64,000 bases of DNA, taken from Octopus vulgaris. Lineage: Eukaryota. The translations under genes and the position numbers were made by a program. Below the pieces are notes generated by a model that made no database searches, was not told where the DNA came from, and saw only the letters and a list, made by a program, of their open reading frames with translations. Positions within the stretch are counted from its first letter, which is position 1. Each line of letters starts with the position of its first letter. The stretch lies in NCBI GenBank assembly GCA_951406725.2, contig OX597824.1, positions 58,962,001 to 59,026,000 of the forward strand, read 5' to 3'. Shown in pieces: positions 1-12,714 of this stretch.

Positions 1-779
1 TTCAGGATGATAGGTGACCTAGAGCTAAAGTACAGTAGCACACTATCACGCAGTCAAACCTGCCCACCTTCTTTTCCTCGGTAAGGCAAGCAAAGAATGT
101 CTTGACATATTCACGTTGTCCATTTCACGTAGATTCCATTTCAAATAATGCAATATATATTGTCACCTGACGCAAATTTAGCAGCTATTTCTTGCACGGC
201 GAGCAACCGTGAAGTATAGGGTCATCAGCTAGTAAACATTAGTGGGCCCAGGACATAAATATAGTCGATACGGTGAATGAGAGCGCAGTAAGACCCGTGG
301 GAACGATGAACCCGTAAATGAGAGACTCCAAATTCATCTTTATTGTTTTAGCACCCAATTTCTATTGAGAGACAACCAAATAAGTGTCAAATATTGTCAG
401 TGTCTAGTGAATTCTAAGGATAGCGGAATGTTCAAGGAAAAAACTACTTCAGGATATTGGAGCAGAGATCCAAACATGGTTTCTTGTTAAACTCCACCAA
501 TTCGCCAAAGATTTTCGGATCTAGTTTCCACTCCAACTGTCCTATTTATGCGTTGTTACTGAATCCAAGTGATCCAGAACGAGAAATTGTAGATGATACT
601 GTACGAAGTTTCACGTAAACATATTGTCGTGAGAATCGCACGCTTTTGCGAAGTACAAGACGACAGATTTGGAGAAGAGGTACTAGTGAAAAAAAGTAAT
701 CGTCATAACGGTTACTAACGACAGTACTGATAAAACTTATAATAATTACCAGTACCATCACTGGCTGATATAGTATCAG

Positions 780-1261
780 ATACTGGCTCTCATGGCTTCT
801 GATCTTAACTGATTGGAAGTGTTATCATGTATATGTTTTGTCATGGAGTAAAAGATGGGCTACAGCAAATATTCTGCCCAGTACCACAAATTAGTTTGTC
901 AGTTGTTTGACCATAACCAGTTGAGCATACCCCTTAGTAGCTGACGATATGTGCATCTCTGATCACGAACAGACGTAGTGGTGGATGAATTCTTTGGGGT
1001 TTGAATAATTCACCTCTGGAAACATGGATATTTCGTTCAACATCCTTAAACAACTCTTATTCAAGGACTGTTTGAGCGGGATGGGCTACTCGACCTCAAG
1101 AAAATTCTAACTGGGCTCCACCTGCAAGGTAGTGCTTGATATGAGATCATCATGTTGCGCACATATGGTTGTGATGCATGTGCCTGGTGTACCCATATCA
1201 GATGAGTAGACATGATGGGTATATTGGGCTTCGTATATTTTACCCCAGTGTCACTTTGATG
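780..1261. repeat. Interspersed non-coding repeat, class unresolved
   Basis: Non-coding block abutting the LINE fragment. It resembles a frequent octopus repeat from memory only; no second copy in this window. Confidence 0.35.
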
Positions 1262-2246
1262 ACATATATATTCTTTTTGGGCTAGTGGCCTACATTGACT
1301 GGTAATATGCCATACGGTTTCACCATTTTGTCCACAAATTCTGTACTTGCCACTTTCTGATGTGTTGTTTATTCTGTATTTGATGTAATTGGTTCTTAAT
1401 GCTTGCTCTTCAACGGCACAGATTAAAACCTCCGTTTTCAGTTTTCAAAAAAAAAAAAAACAGAAACAATGTTTTAAATCACTTTTAGTTATCTATAGTC
1501 ATCTTTTTCTCTGTCTCTTTTATCTTCAACATTCCTATGAAATTATCCATGCATTCTTTTCTTTATCTACCTATTTTCAGTTTCATTCATTCTCATGTGC
1601 TTGTACAATGCTTTATCTTTGCAATCTTCCATCCTAGACAAGCCTGACCTTCTTACTTCCAATAATAGCAGTTCTCTGGCACCTTTTACATATCATGCTA
1701 TGTTATTTTCTTCTACTCTAATGCTGGGTTCGCATCCAATCAGTCCTCTCCCTCTCTTTTTCCTGGATACATACTGTCTGTCTGTGTCACGTTTTGGGTA
1801 GAGTATCCCATATCTAATCAGCAACTTCTTTGTCTTTCTGTCTAAGCTGTTTAGTTCGTCTACTGTCCATGCGATTACCCCTGCTCCATATCTAAAGAGT
1901 GAAACCGCCCAGATGTTGCTAGCTTCACTCGTATTCCGTCCGTTTAATTTCGACTTAAGGATCAATTTCAGTCTCCACAAGTACTCCACCTATCTCTGTC
2001 ATTTCTTTCTCCATCAGTTTATCCATTTCCTGTCTCTTCTGTTTGCTTCACAACATCCCCCGACGGTATTGCTAGCCCATACATTTAATTTTGCTTCGCT
2101 TCAAGACTAACACACCACACTTTTTCCGTCCGTACTCAATTCTCATATTAGCACTGAAGGTATACACCATATGGACGAGGGAACTGATTTGGGATTCATC
2201 TTTACCATAAAGTTTGAGGTCATTCATGAATAACAAGTGGTTGACT
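1262..2246 (-). mobile_element. R4/Dong-clade (RLE) non-LTR retrotransposon fragment, RT to zinc finger, decayed
   Basis: Minus-strand translation gives VNHLLFMNDLKLYG (YxDD-like), ORF 1693-1989 (LKSKLNGRN...WAVSLFRYGAGVIAWTVDELNSLDRKTKKLL...RGRGLI) and TEVLICAVEEQALRTNY...RICGQNGETVWHITSQC. Confidence 0.9.
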
Positions 2247-2249
2247 TTT

Positions 2250-2404
2250 TGTTGGCGGCTTTTGAATACATACCTAGCATGAAGAAATGGAAAGTAGATC
2301 TCTATTCAAGTGATACAAACTTAGGAAAACTTAATATCAAGAGAGGAATTTTCCAGGGAGACTCGTCATCCCCTTTAATATTTATATTATGTTTCACCCC
2401 ACTC
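2250..2404 (+). mobile_element. Inverted upstream RT segment of the same R4/Dong LINE
   Basis: ORF 2237-2425 contains IKRGIFQGDSSSPLIFILCFTPL, the RT motif that normally lies just before VNHLLFMDD, on the opposite strand. Confidence 0.85.
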
Positions 2405-2406
2405 GG

Positions 2407-4250
2407 CAGTGGAGGGCACAGCTAACCACAAAGTTAGCTTAGTTTTCCGCTAATTTGCTAACTAAAAAAGTTGGCTCCGCGAACGCTAAAACGTTAAACA
2501 GGTGAAAGAAATTAGCGGAAGCTAATGCTAAATGATAACCGCTAAATTTTATCATATGAATTTAGTCTCGGTTTGGGTTTTTGGCTCTGAAACCCCTAAA
2601 AAACAGATCTAAAGAGCTGAAATTCTCATGTTGTAACCTAGACATAGAGCTTTACAAAAGGTGTAGCATGCCAAGATCAGATGAGGATCAAGGTGTACCC
2701 AAATAATTTAATGAACAAATGAAATTAAACATTAGTCTTTCAGTCAACATACATATTATTTACTGTACAAAAAGTATTAAACGAATCAAAAGGGTATAGT
2801 ACAGCATAGGTATCAAGCCAAGATCGGATGATGCTCAAGGTGTACTACTCTGACTGGGCCTTCTCCATCACCTCGACGGGATGCTGGTTGCCCTTCATAA
2901 ACACCAGCTTCTCAAAGTTACCATCCGACAGAGTGGCTTTCTTGGCTTTCTTGGCTCTCAAAATATCTGCCTATAGAGAATAGGCGTTCACTGCAGCACT
3001 GGATGGAATAGCGGTGTTATACTTGGTCTTCACTAAGTTCTACGGCTTGGATTTCAATGATTTGTGACTCATACTCGCCCAGAACCGAGTGATATTGCTG
3101 AAGGAATCATTTTCCTTATCCTCATTGCTGGTGGTGCTGCTGTCCTCCTCATTGATCTCTATTAGGGCTGTCTCTACGACGGACTCCGTGGCGTTCGTTA
3201 CTCTGCTAACCTGGTTGTTATTATACTGCTCCAGCCAGAACAAGCGAAGTTTGGGGCACTCCAGGTCTTCTAGGAGAAGCCCAAACCTTTTCGTGATGCC
3301 TGACAGTATTGCGTTTACCAGAGGACTGCGCTACAGGATATGTTTGAACCTGGCCACCTTCAACTTCATGGCGGTGGCCGCTACATTTGGAAGAAGGCTC
3401 CTGAGATAAGCCTGGTCCTCCCCCTGGATTTTATCCAAGGCCTTGGTGACATTAGACATTACCTGGGCGTAGTCTGTCAGGAAGCCGACATCAGAATCAG
3501 TGACGGTTTGCAGCTTCAGCTGTGTCATCACCCTGTGGATAGCTCCCTTATTCTTCTACAGCGGGCTGTCGAGGACAATAACAGTCATAGGTAGAGTTCC
3601 ATCTGGTACTGTTGAGGACCACTAGCTTCCTCTTCAACGCGTCCAGAATACTGTCTGCTGCCACCGTGCTGCTGATCTACAGATCCCACAGCCGCTGTAC
3701 TTGGACTTGGTCTTCTTGTAGGCCGACTTGTACGAAGTACTGTCCAGAGCCTTGTCGGCATCCACGTTGGCTACCAAGTCGAAGGTATGGGCTGCGCACT
3801 TCATGTGCACTGGAAAGTTTAGGCCCAGGCCGCTGAGCTCATCAAGGATAGCATCAATAGAGATGTACTGAACTTCCACATTCCCAGCCTCGGGATTCAC
3901 GTTCAGGTCCACATTCGCGACAATCTCCACGTCCAGATCGGCAGCAGCCTCAGGAATGTCTAACAAGGGTTCAACTTCAGCACAAAACTGCCTTAAAAAC
4001 TTTTTGCGTTGTCCTTTGTGGTCCTGGTCACTTTGTCTTGAAGATGGAACTTGTAATGGATGTCCACCATGGTCTGGGCGAGAACATCAAAAGTGTGACG
4101 TCCTCTGAACCGAGGGCAGGCCAGGACTGCGTGTTGTCCCGTAGTGGACTTGGGGTACAGACTGTGTACCATCATCTCCGGACAGGACCTCTTGTGGGCC
4201 GACCAACAGTCCGCGGTTGTTACCACCCAAAGGAATCCTTGAATAATCTG
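2407..4250 (-). mobile_element. hAT (Ac-like) DNA transposon, one end plus decayed transposase
   Basis: Terminus CAGTGGAGGGCACAGCTAAC with many GCTAA/TTAGC subterminal repeats. Transposase pieces TTADCWS...TTKDNA (3993-4226), CAAH (3634-3966) and C-terminal dimerisation motif YNTAIPSSAAV...LSDGNFEKLVFMKGN (about 2890-3025). Confidence 0.9.
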
Positions 4251-4306
4251 TAATTAAAAAAATGTTAAATTGTAAAAAGAAGTAAATTGTAAAGTTAAAA
4301 ACTTGG

Positions 4307-4337
<31 letters not shown>

Positions 4338-4514
4338 AGCATGTTCTCTTCTAATCAATCCCCCCTCCCCAAAAAAACCATCTGTTTTATATAAATGAAC
4401 AAGCTGTTTGTACATTCACAAAATTTTATTTGACAAGTTCGAGAAAGGAATGAAAGCGTTAATAATGATGAAGAAATAAAAAGATTTTTTTCCAAAATTC
4501 TGTCGACTTTTTCC

Positions 4515-4517
<3 letters not shown>

Positions 4518-4575
<58 letters not shown>

Positions 4576-4647
4576 TTATATATATATATAAATGTATATA
4601 TATATATATATATGTATAAATGTAATATATATATATATATATGTATA

Positions 4648-4678
<31 letters not shown>

Positions 4679-4690
4679 ATGTATATATGC

Positions 4691-4741
<51 letters not shown>

Positions 4742-4816
4742 TATATACATATATACATATACATATATACATATATATATGTGTGTATATATATATATAT
4801 GTATATATATATACAT

Positions 4817-4871
<55 letters not shown>

Positions 4872-4890
4872 TATACATATACATATATGT
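4518..4890. repeat. Compound (TA)n/(TACA) microsatellite
   Basis: Seen directly. Confidence 0.95.
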
Positions 4891-4944
4891 CGTCAAATGA
4901 CTTCTATTGTTACCAACTGATGTTAAGACCAGAGCAACCAAATC

Positions 4945-5133
4945 CTTTCTAATAAAGGCACAAGGCCTGAAATTTCGGGGGAGGGGACCAGTCGATGTAA
5001 TCGACTCCAGTGCCTCACTGATACTTAATTTCTCGGATCCGAAAGTTGACCCCGGCGGCATTTGAACTCAGAACGTAAAGACCGCTCAAGCATTTTGCCC
5101 GGCATGCTAACGATTCTGCCAGCTCACTGCCTT
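4945..5133 (-). mobile_element. tRNA-derived SINE, family A
   Basis: Reverse strand begins AAGGCAGTGAGCTGGCAG, has B-box GAGTTCAAAT, and matches copies at 8443, 12360, 15695 and 53303. Confidence 0.9.
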
Positions 5134-5703
5134 CCAGAACCATCAAATCAATTATACAAGTCAAATAAACTTTATTTTCGTTTACACATTTTCTACGTTA
5201 TCTCAATAACCAACTATAGTTATTTCACATACACTTTTCTACAAAGATCAGGTTTCGTTAGAAATGAAAATAGTTTCACACTTTCAATTTGAACCAAAAT
5301 TACAAAGTGTTGCATAACGAGAGTGATGATGTGTGAATAATGAAAGTAATGGTTTTCATAATTAGTCACATGTGTATTGTCATAAACAAAGCTGCTTATT
5401 ATATATTTACCAAATAAACTATATTTTTGATCAATAACTCTTTTTTACGTTGGATCGCAAAATTTTTAGGTAATTTTCAGACAATATTTTGATTTGCTTC
5501 TAATGTATCACTTTCGTCCGATGTTACGTAAAATTCGACTCAGACAAATATTTATGAAAATGTACATATAAATATTGTATTTAAATAAGCCACAACCAAA
5601 AAGATTGCATTAAGACATCCATTTTTCTATATGTTATAACGAATTACAGCCTCTCTCTCTCTCTCTGTCACGCACAAAAAAGATGTATGCATATGTATTT
5701 ATG

Positions 5704-5788
5704 GGCGAAGGACAAGAATACGCATTCCTGGTGTTTAGGGTTAGGATTACTCCGAAAACCGGTGATGTGCGTATTCTTTACCTCCGCC
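5704..5788. mobile_element. 85-bp MITE-like hairpin with TTAGGG core
   Basis: GGCGAAGGACAAGAATACGCA ... TGCGTATTCTTTACCTCCGCC imperfect 21-bp inverted repeat around TTTAGGGTTAGG. Confidence 0.6.
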
Positions 5789-6002
5789 TACCTATGTTTG
5801 TGTATATGAAAGAGAGTGTGTGAGAGAGAGTGAAAGAGAGAGCGAGTGAGTGTCACTTGCACATACATGCAAAAAAATTCATCACAACACACACCTTCAT
5901 TCACTCACTCTGTCTTTCTCTCTCTCTCTCTCTCCCTCTCTCATGTCCATTTCATATACACGTGAATCTTACACTTTCTCCTCTCTTTTACTTTCTCCTC
6001 TC

Positions 6003-6440
6003 ACTTGGAACCTCAAGATTAAAAGAATACCTGTTGTCATAGTTTCCCTAGGAATGATACCAGGAAATCCAAATATGGAAGACATTAAAAAAATAGCGAT
6101 CATGAGAACTGCTCATATCCTACGAAAAATATCGTCTATGTACTCCCCAAAGCATTTTAATCTGTAAACGGTGTCAACATGCTTTTAAATGTACATGATA
6201 TCCAACACCTTCTACTATAATTTTTGCATCACACTACAATCTTATAATCAAATTAGTTTTAAAACAAATGTTTCTTATGTTTTCTCAGACATTTGTAAGA
6301 ATAATACTTTGTGCAGAGCTGAAACTATGGAACCCTAGTCATGACACCAACCTGAACTTCTAACTTGTTGTCTCTTGAGGGCTCTTGGGTGAGACTTGGA
6401 GTCAACTTGTTCAAATTCAAAGCAAAAGCCAAACATATAA
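6003..6440 (+). mobile_element. 3' end of R4/Dong-type LINE
   Basis: TWNLKIKRIPVVIVSLGMIP...KKIAIMRTAHILRK (RLE C-terminus), then a 3' UTR ending in an AAT/AAC repeat. Confidence 0.8.
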
Positions 6441-6474
6441 TAACAACAAAAACTGCAACAACAACAACAATAAT

Positions 6475-8170
6475 TTCTTTTATTCGTTACAAGGGCCCGC
6501 GTCATTGAGGACAACATCAAAGAAGGAAATACAAGGAGCAATTCGGTGTATGTGGATGAAAGAGGAAACAACAACAATGAGAATGTTACAAAAATATAAA
6601 AATAGACTTCAAAATGATAAAGAAATATAGAAATCCTAAATAGTGAGATAGAGACCAGTTTGGCAAACTGCTGTCAAAAACCTTCCTCATCTGCATGGAA
6701 TCGGAGAGCACACAGCTGCTATGCTCCTCCACAAACCAAATTCTCGCTTTGCAGCAGTGCTGTAGCTCCGTCACATGGATGCAACCGACGATTTTTCAGC
6801 TTACATGTGTCAGCGCATGCATCCTAGCCTAGACAATACAACATTCGTGTTTCGTGACGGAGAAATTATCGAGGGCATCTCTCGCCGCTAGCACGTCACT
6901 GGATATCCCTCTTCTAAGCTACTAACTAGTTTATTTTCTATTACATTTTGTTTTATAACAATTCATTTGCAAAAAATTTAAGATGCTTCTCTGATTTTCC
7001 TTTTTATTGAAACCTACAACCTGTTGGTGATGACAGCTTCTGTTCATTGCTACTTAACTTGTAAACTTCTCCGATCCCTGAAAAATTTCCATTCGTCTTT
7101 CAGTAACCGGGTCGTTGGCAATTCGCCTTTTCTAGGTTGACTAAAAAGGTCCCAAATTTGTGGTCTGAGTAGCCAACGATCTGAAAATATGAACAACTTA
7201 ACTGTGCCACTTTATTAATCTCATAAAAGCCCTATATACATTTGACCTGAGTGACCCATTGAGATTTCAACAACTCTACGTTGGTGTATTTAGGAAATTG
7301 AGGCTAAGACTGTCAGAGAGTTGATAGTGTCTGAGAAAGATTGCAAGGCTTTTGCACTCCACTTTCCTTTCCGCTATTCCCCGATAATCACCCAATAGAA
7401 CTAATGAGCTAGATCTTCTCAGGTAAGCCTCTCTTGCCATCCAAAGAAATCCGGCCGGCTGGCCCCTGTCGGAACAAATATAGCCACTAATTTGAAGGCT
7501 CCACTGACGACTTCCTTCCTGCTCACATTCAAGACCACTAACGTGCCGCCCTGGTTTAAGGAAACCATACTCACCTTTATGTCGAGGCCTTTCTATAAGA
7601 GCATCGTCACGCAACTTGAGCGAGGCCAACTGAAAAAGTTTAAAAAGCTTGTGGTCGGCCAGGAGAGTAATCAATTTTGTTGCAGAAATCCTAATTTCCT
7701 TAATGGCTACTGCATCTAGGCGTAGAGGCCTGCGTCATCTCCATTTTGAAATGGAATTTTATAAAAGCTGATGAGTGCTTGACCGAAGAGGAAGGTGTTT
7801 GTCGTTAGTACTTTTAGTCTCGTCCACGACCTTTTTCACTATCGCCAGCCACCAGAAAGAGTGGGCGATAGGCGGATCCGTCCTAAACTTGATAGCAGTT
7901 GTTCCACATATCTCCACAAGTCAGAAATACCCGATCAATGTACGACGGCTTGCAGGACAGTTTCATCCCTTCTGTTCGCATTTTGGACAGGTGCTGCTGA
8001 CGGCAATACTATGCTTGCTGAGTTTATTCCCAACCGGCAATGCCCCCACCTTGGTAGCATTGCCAGACAAGAGTTTTCTGATATTACCCATTGGTTGAAA
8101 ACTGAAAGTCCTCTAGAAGAGATCAGACAGTTGACAAAATTTCTCCGTGGAAGTTATTGCTCTTACCCAT
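6475..8170 (-). mobile_element. Tx1/L1-clade LINE remnant with scrambled domain order
   Basis: 8150-7735: ALPVGNKL...TCPKCEQ...ETVLQAVVH...LWRYVEQLL (C-terminal zinc finger). 7720-7270: APE endonuclease (LDAVAIKEIR...AFKLVAIFVPTG...LVLLGD). About 6900-6660: DVLAARDALD...KHECCIV. 6640-6475: T-rich 3' UTR ending AATAAAAGAAAT. Confidence 0.75.
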
Positions 8171-8230
8171 CACTTATACTCTAATAGTCTATGTAATAAT
8201 AATAATAATAATAATAATAATATAATAATA

Positions 8231-8263
<33 letters not shown>

Positions 8264-8442
8264 ATGATTTCTTTATAAACCACAAGGGTTTATATCAAGA
8301 AAATCATTATGGACAGTACAGGACAAAGCAAAGAACGTGTTTGCGTATGTGTGTATGTGTGTAAGTATGTGTTGTGAGGGTTTTGCATGTAAACAAGACT
8401 AACAATTTTTTTAAAAATATATATAACAATTAATAATAGTAA

Positions 8443-8656
8443 TGGTTTCAAATTTTGGCACACGGCTAGCAATTTCGAGAGACAGAGTAAGTCGATTACA
8501 TCGACCCAAGTGTTTAACTGCTACTTATTTTATCGACCCCGAAAGAATGAAGGCTCGGTCAACACCGGCGGAGTTTGAACTCATATCTGAAAGACAGACG
8601 AAGTACTTGGCAGTATTTCGTCCGGCGTGCTACCAAGTCTGCCAGCTTGCTACCGT
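8443..8656 (-). mobile_element. tRNA-derived SINE, family A
   Basis: TTTATCGACCCCGAAAGAATGAAGG and TTTGAACTC, as in other family A copies. Confidence 0.9.
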
Positions 8657-10031
<1,375 letters not shown>

Positions 10032-10099
10032 GCAGCAGCAACAACAACAACACAACAATAATAGTAATAATAATAATAGCAACAACAAAAACTATTTAT

Positions 10100-10263
10100 G
10101 CATAAGGGCAGCAAAATTGATGGTGATTTATTTTATCGAAATCGGAAGGATGAAAGGTAAAGTTGCACTAAACGTATTTGAACTCAGGGTGAAAATAAGC
10201 CAGAAGTAAATACCAGAAGGTAATTTTGTCGACGCTCAACTGATTCTACCCATTCACATCCCT
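10100..10263 (-). mobile_element. Old degenerate SINE, family A-like
   Basis: GGAAGGATGAAAGGTAAAGTTG...ATTTGAACTCAG. Confidence 0.65.
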
Positions 10264-10681
10264 GAGCAATGAGAACAATAATGTTGGTGATATTTGTCAA
10301 CCTTTGGATCGATGTCTGCAATGATTCTTGAAGGATGCCGCTGGAACATATTGCAGACATTTCAATAACCTTCTACGCTATCACCACTTAGCCACTCCCG
10401 CCACCCAACTACATAGCCACCCAACTACTTTGCCGGACATCCAGTCATGCAGGCAGTCGACATTTATTGCACCTATCCCATGACATGAGCAAGCTGACAT
10501 TAGACAATCATCCAACATGATTGATACGTGGTTATCGTGCCGATACGACCTGGCAAGGACATAAATAAGATATCACCGACTACCACCACCCCACCACCGC
10601 CACCACCAACTACTACTACTACTACAACAACAACTACTACTACTACTACTACAATAACAATAACTACTACTACTACCTCTT

Positions 10682-10713
<32 letters not shown>

Positions 10714-10999
10714 GCTGCTGCTGCTACTACTACTGCTACTGCTTCTGCTGCTGCCATTACTACTACAAAACGAACAAACAAACAAACAAGCGACGTCGTC
10801 AGAAGAAGGAGTAAATGAAAGGTTTTGCTAATGGCTCTATAATAGAGAGATGATATGGTGTTAAAAGCTGACAACACTCGCCACCTTTATGCATGATAAG
10901 GACGCGAAGAGAACTAGATGGATGTTGACATGACTTGGATAATTGAAATCGTGAAAAACCTATCCGTTTATCTAATCTAATATAACGCTGTCTCACAAC

Positions 11000-11340
<341 letters not shown>

Positions 11341-11628
11341 CTAGCACTCAGTCTATCCATCAAACCATCTATCTATTTACCTATCTCTTTCATTACTCAC
11401 CCTCCGACCTACCTATTTGTCTGTTTTCATATTACTTTGTTGAAATGTGTCTCTTAATCTATTTCTATTCGGTTATGTAAATATATGAGTACATTATGTG
11501 TGTATCCTTGCGACTGTGTGTGAGTGTGCGTGTCTGTATATTGTATGTGGACATATATACATTCATCCATATATGGATTTACAGGTATGTATATAAGTAT
11601 GTCCATATGCAAGTGATTGTGTATAAGT

Positions 11629-11660
<32 letters not shown>

Positions 11661-12213
11661 GGAGGGGTGCATGTGTGTGTGCGTGCACGCTAAAATTGTT
11701 TAGAAAACCAGTAGAATACAAGAAAGAAATGAAAGAGGGACAAAAACCAATAGTTCACATTATTGTACTTAGATATTTTGGGGAATAAACCCATTTAATA
11801 AGGGCAAATAAGAAATAGTTACTAGCTGGTGCCTTATCTGAGTAAAAGCTGCTATCTTGCGAGCATTTGTCACTTTCTCGAATATTTTACTACGAAATAA
11901 GAGTATAAGCCCTTGTGTTGTTATACTTTCTGCTTTGATACCGTTATGTACGACTTGCTTTGTATTGCTTTTTTAAAAGCTAGTACTATGTTTCATTCGA
12001 ACTAGACTATTCGAATATGTGACATGTAAATATACGTATGTGAGTGTGCATGTGTGTATATGTGTGTGTGTGTGGTGCGTGTGTGTGCGAGTGTGTGTGT
12101 ATTATACACAATTACGGGCATACGTACAATCATATATACATACATAGATATATACACACACACACATACACATATATATATATGTATGTATGTATGTACA
12201 ATGTGTATACTTG

Positions 12214-12271
<58 letters not shown>

Positions 12272-12359
12272 TGAAAAATAAAATGACAAAGAAAAAAGCG
12301 CTTATGTTATGAACTTCATTAGCTTACAGCTGTTTCTGATATAACATGCAATGGACTCA

Positions 12360-12578
12360 TAATTCTTCTACTCTAGGAACAAGGCCCGAATTATTTGGGG
12401 TAGGGGGCCGGTCGATTAGATCGAACCCAGTACGCAAGTGGTACTTAATTAATCGACCCCGAAAGGATGAAAGGCAAAGTCGACCTCGGCGGAATTTGAA
12501 CTCAAAACATAAAGACAGACGAAATACCGCTAAACATTTCGCCCGGTGGGCTAAAGTTTCTGCCAGCTCACTCCCTTA
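12360..12578 (-). mobile_element. tRNA-derived SINE, family A, near full length
   Basis: ATCGACCCCGAAAGGATGAAAGGCAAAGTCGACCTCGGCGGAATTTGAACTC...TGCCAGCTCAC. Confidence 0.92.
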
Positions 12579-12627
12579 AATGGACTCATAATTGGGTGAC
12601 TGAATAACACCCTATAGACATATATAG

Positions 12628-12706
<79 letters not shown>

Positions 12707-12714
12707 TACATACT

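Noticed and set aside
1-760. Minus-strand peptide EWKLDPKIF...PCLDL, faintly like a DIRS methyltransferase-like domain
   Set aside because: Too short, with stops on both sides and no further motifs.
4355-5061. YIYI/THTH/VCVC ORFs here and throughout the ORF track
   Set aside because: Translations of dinucleotide microsatellites.
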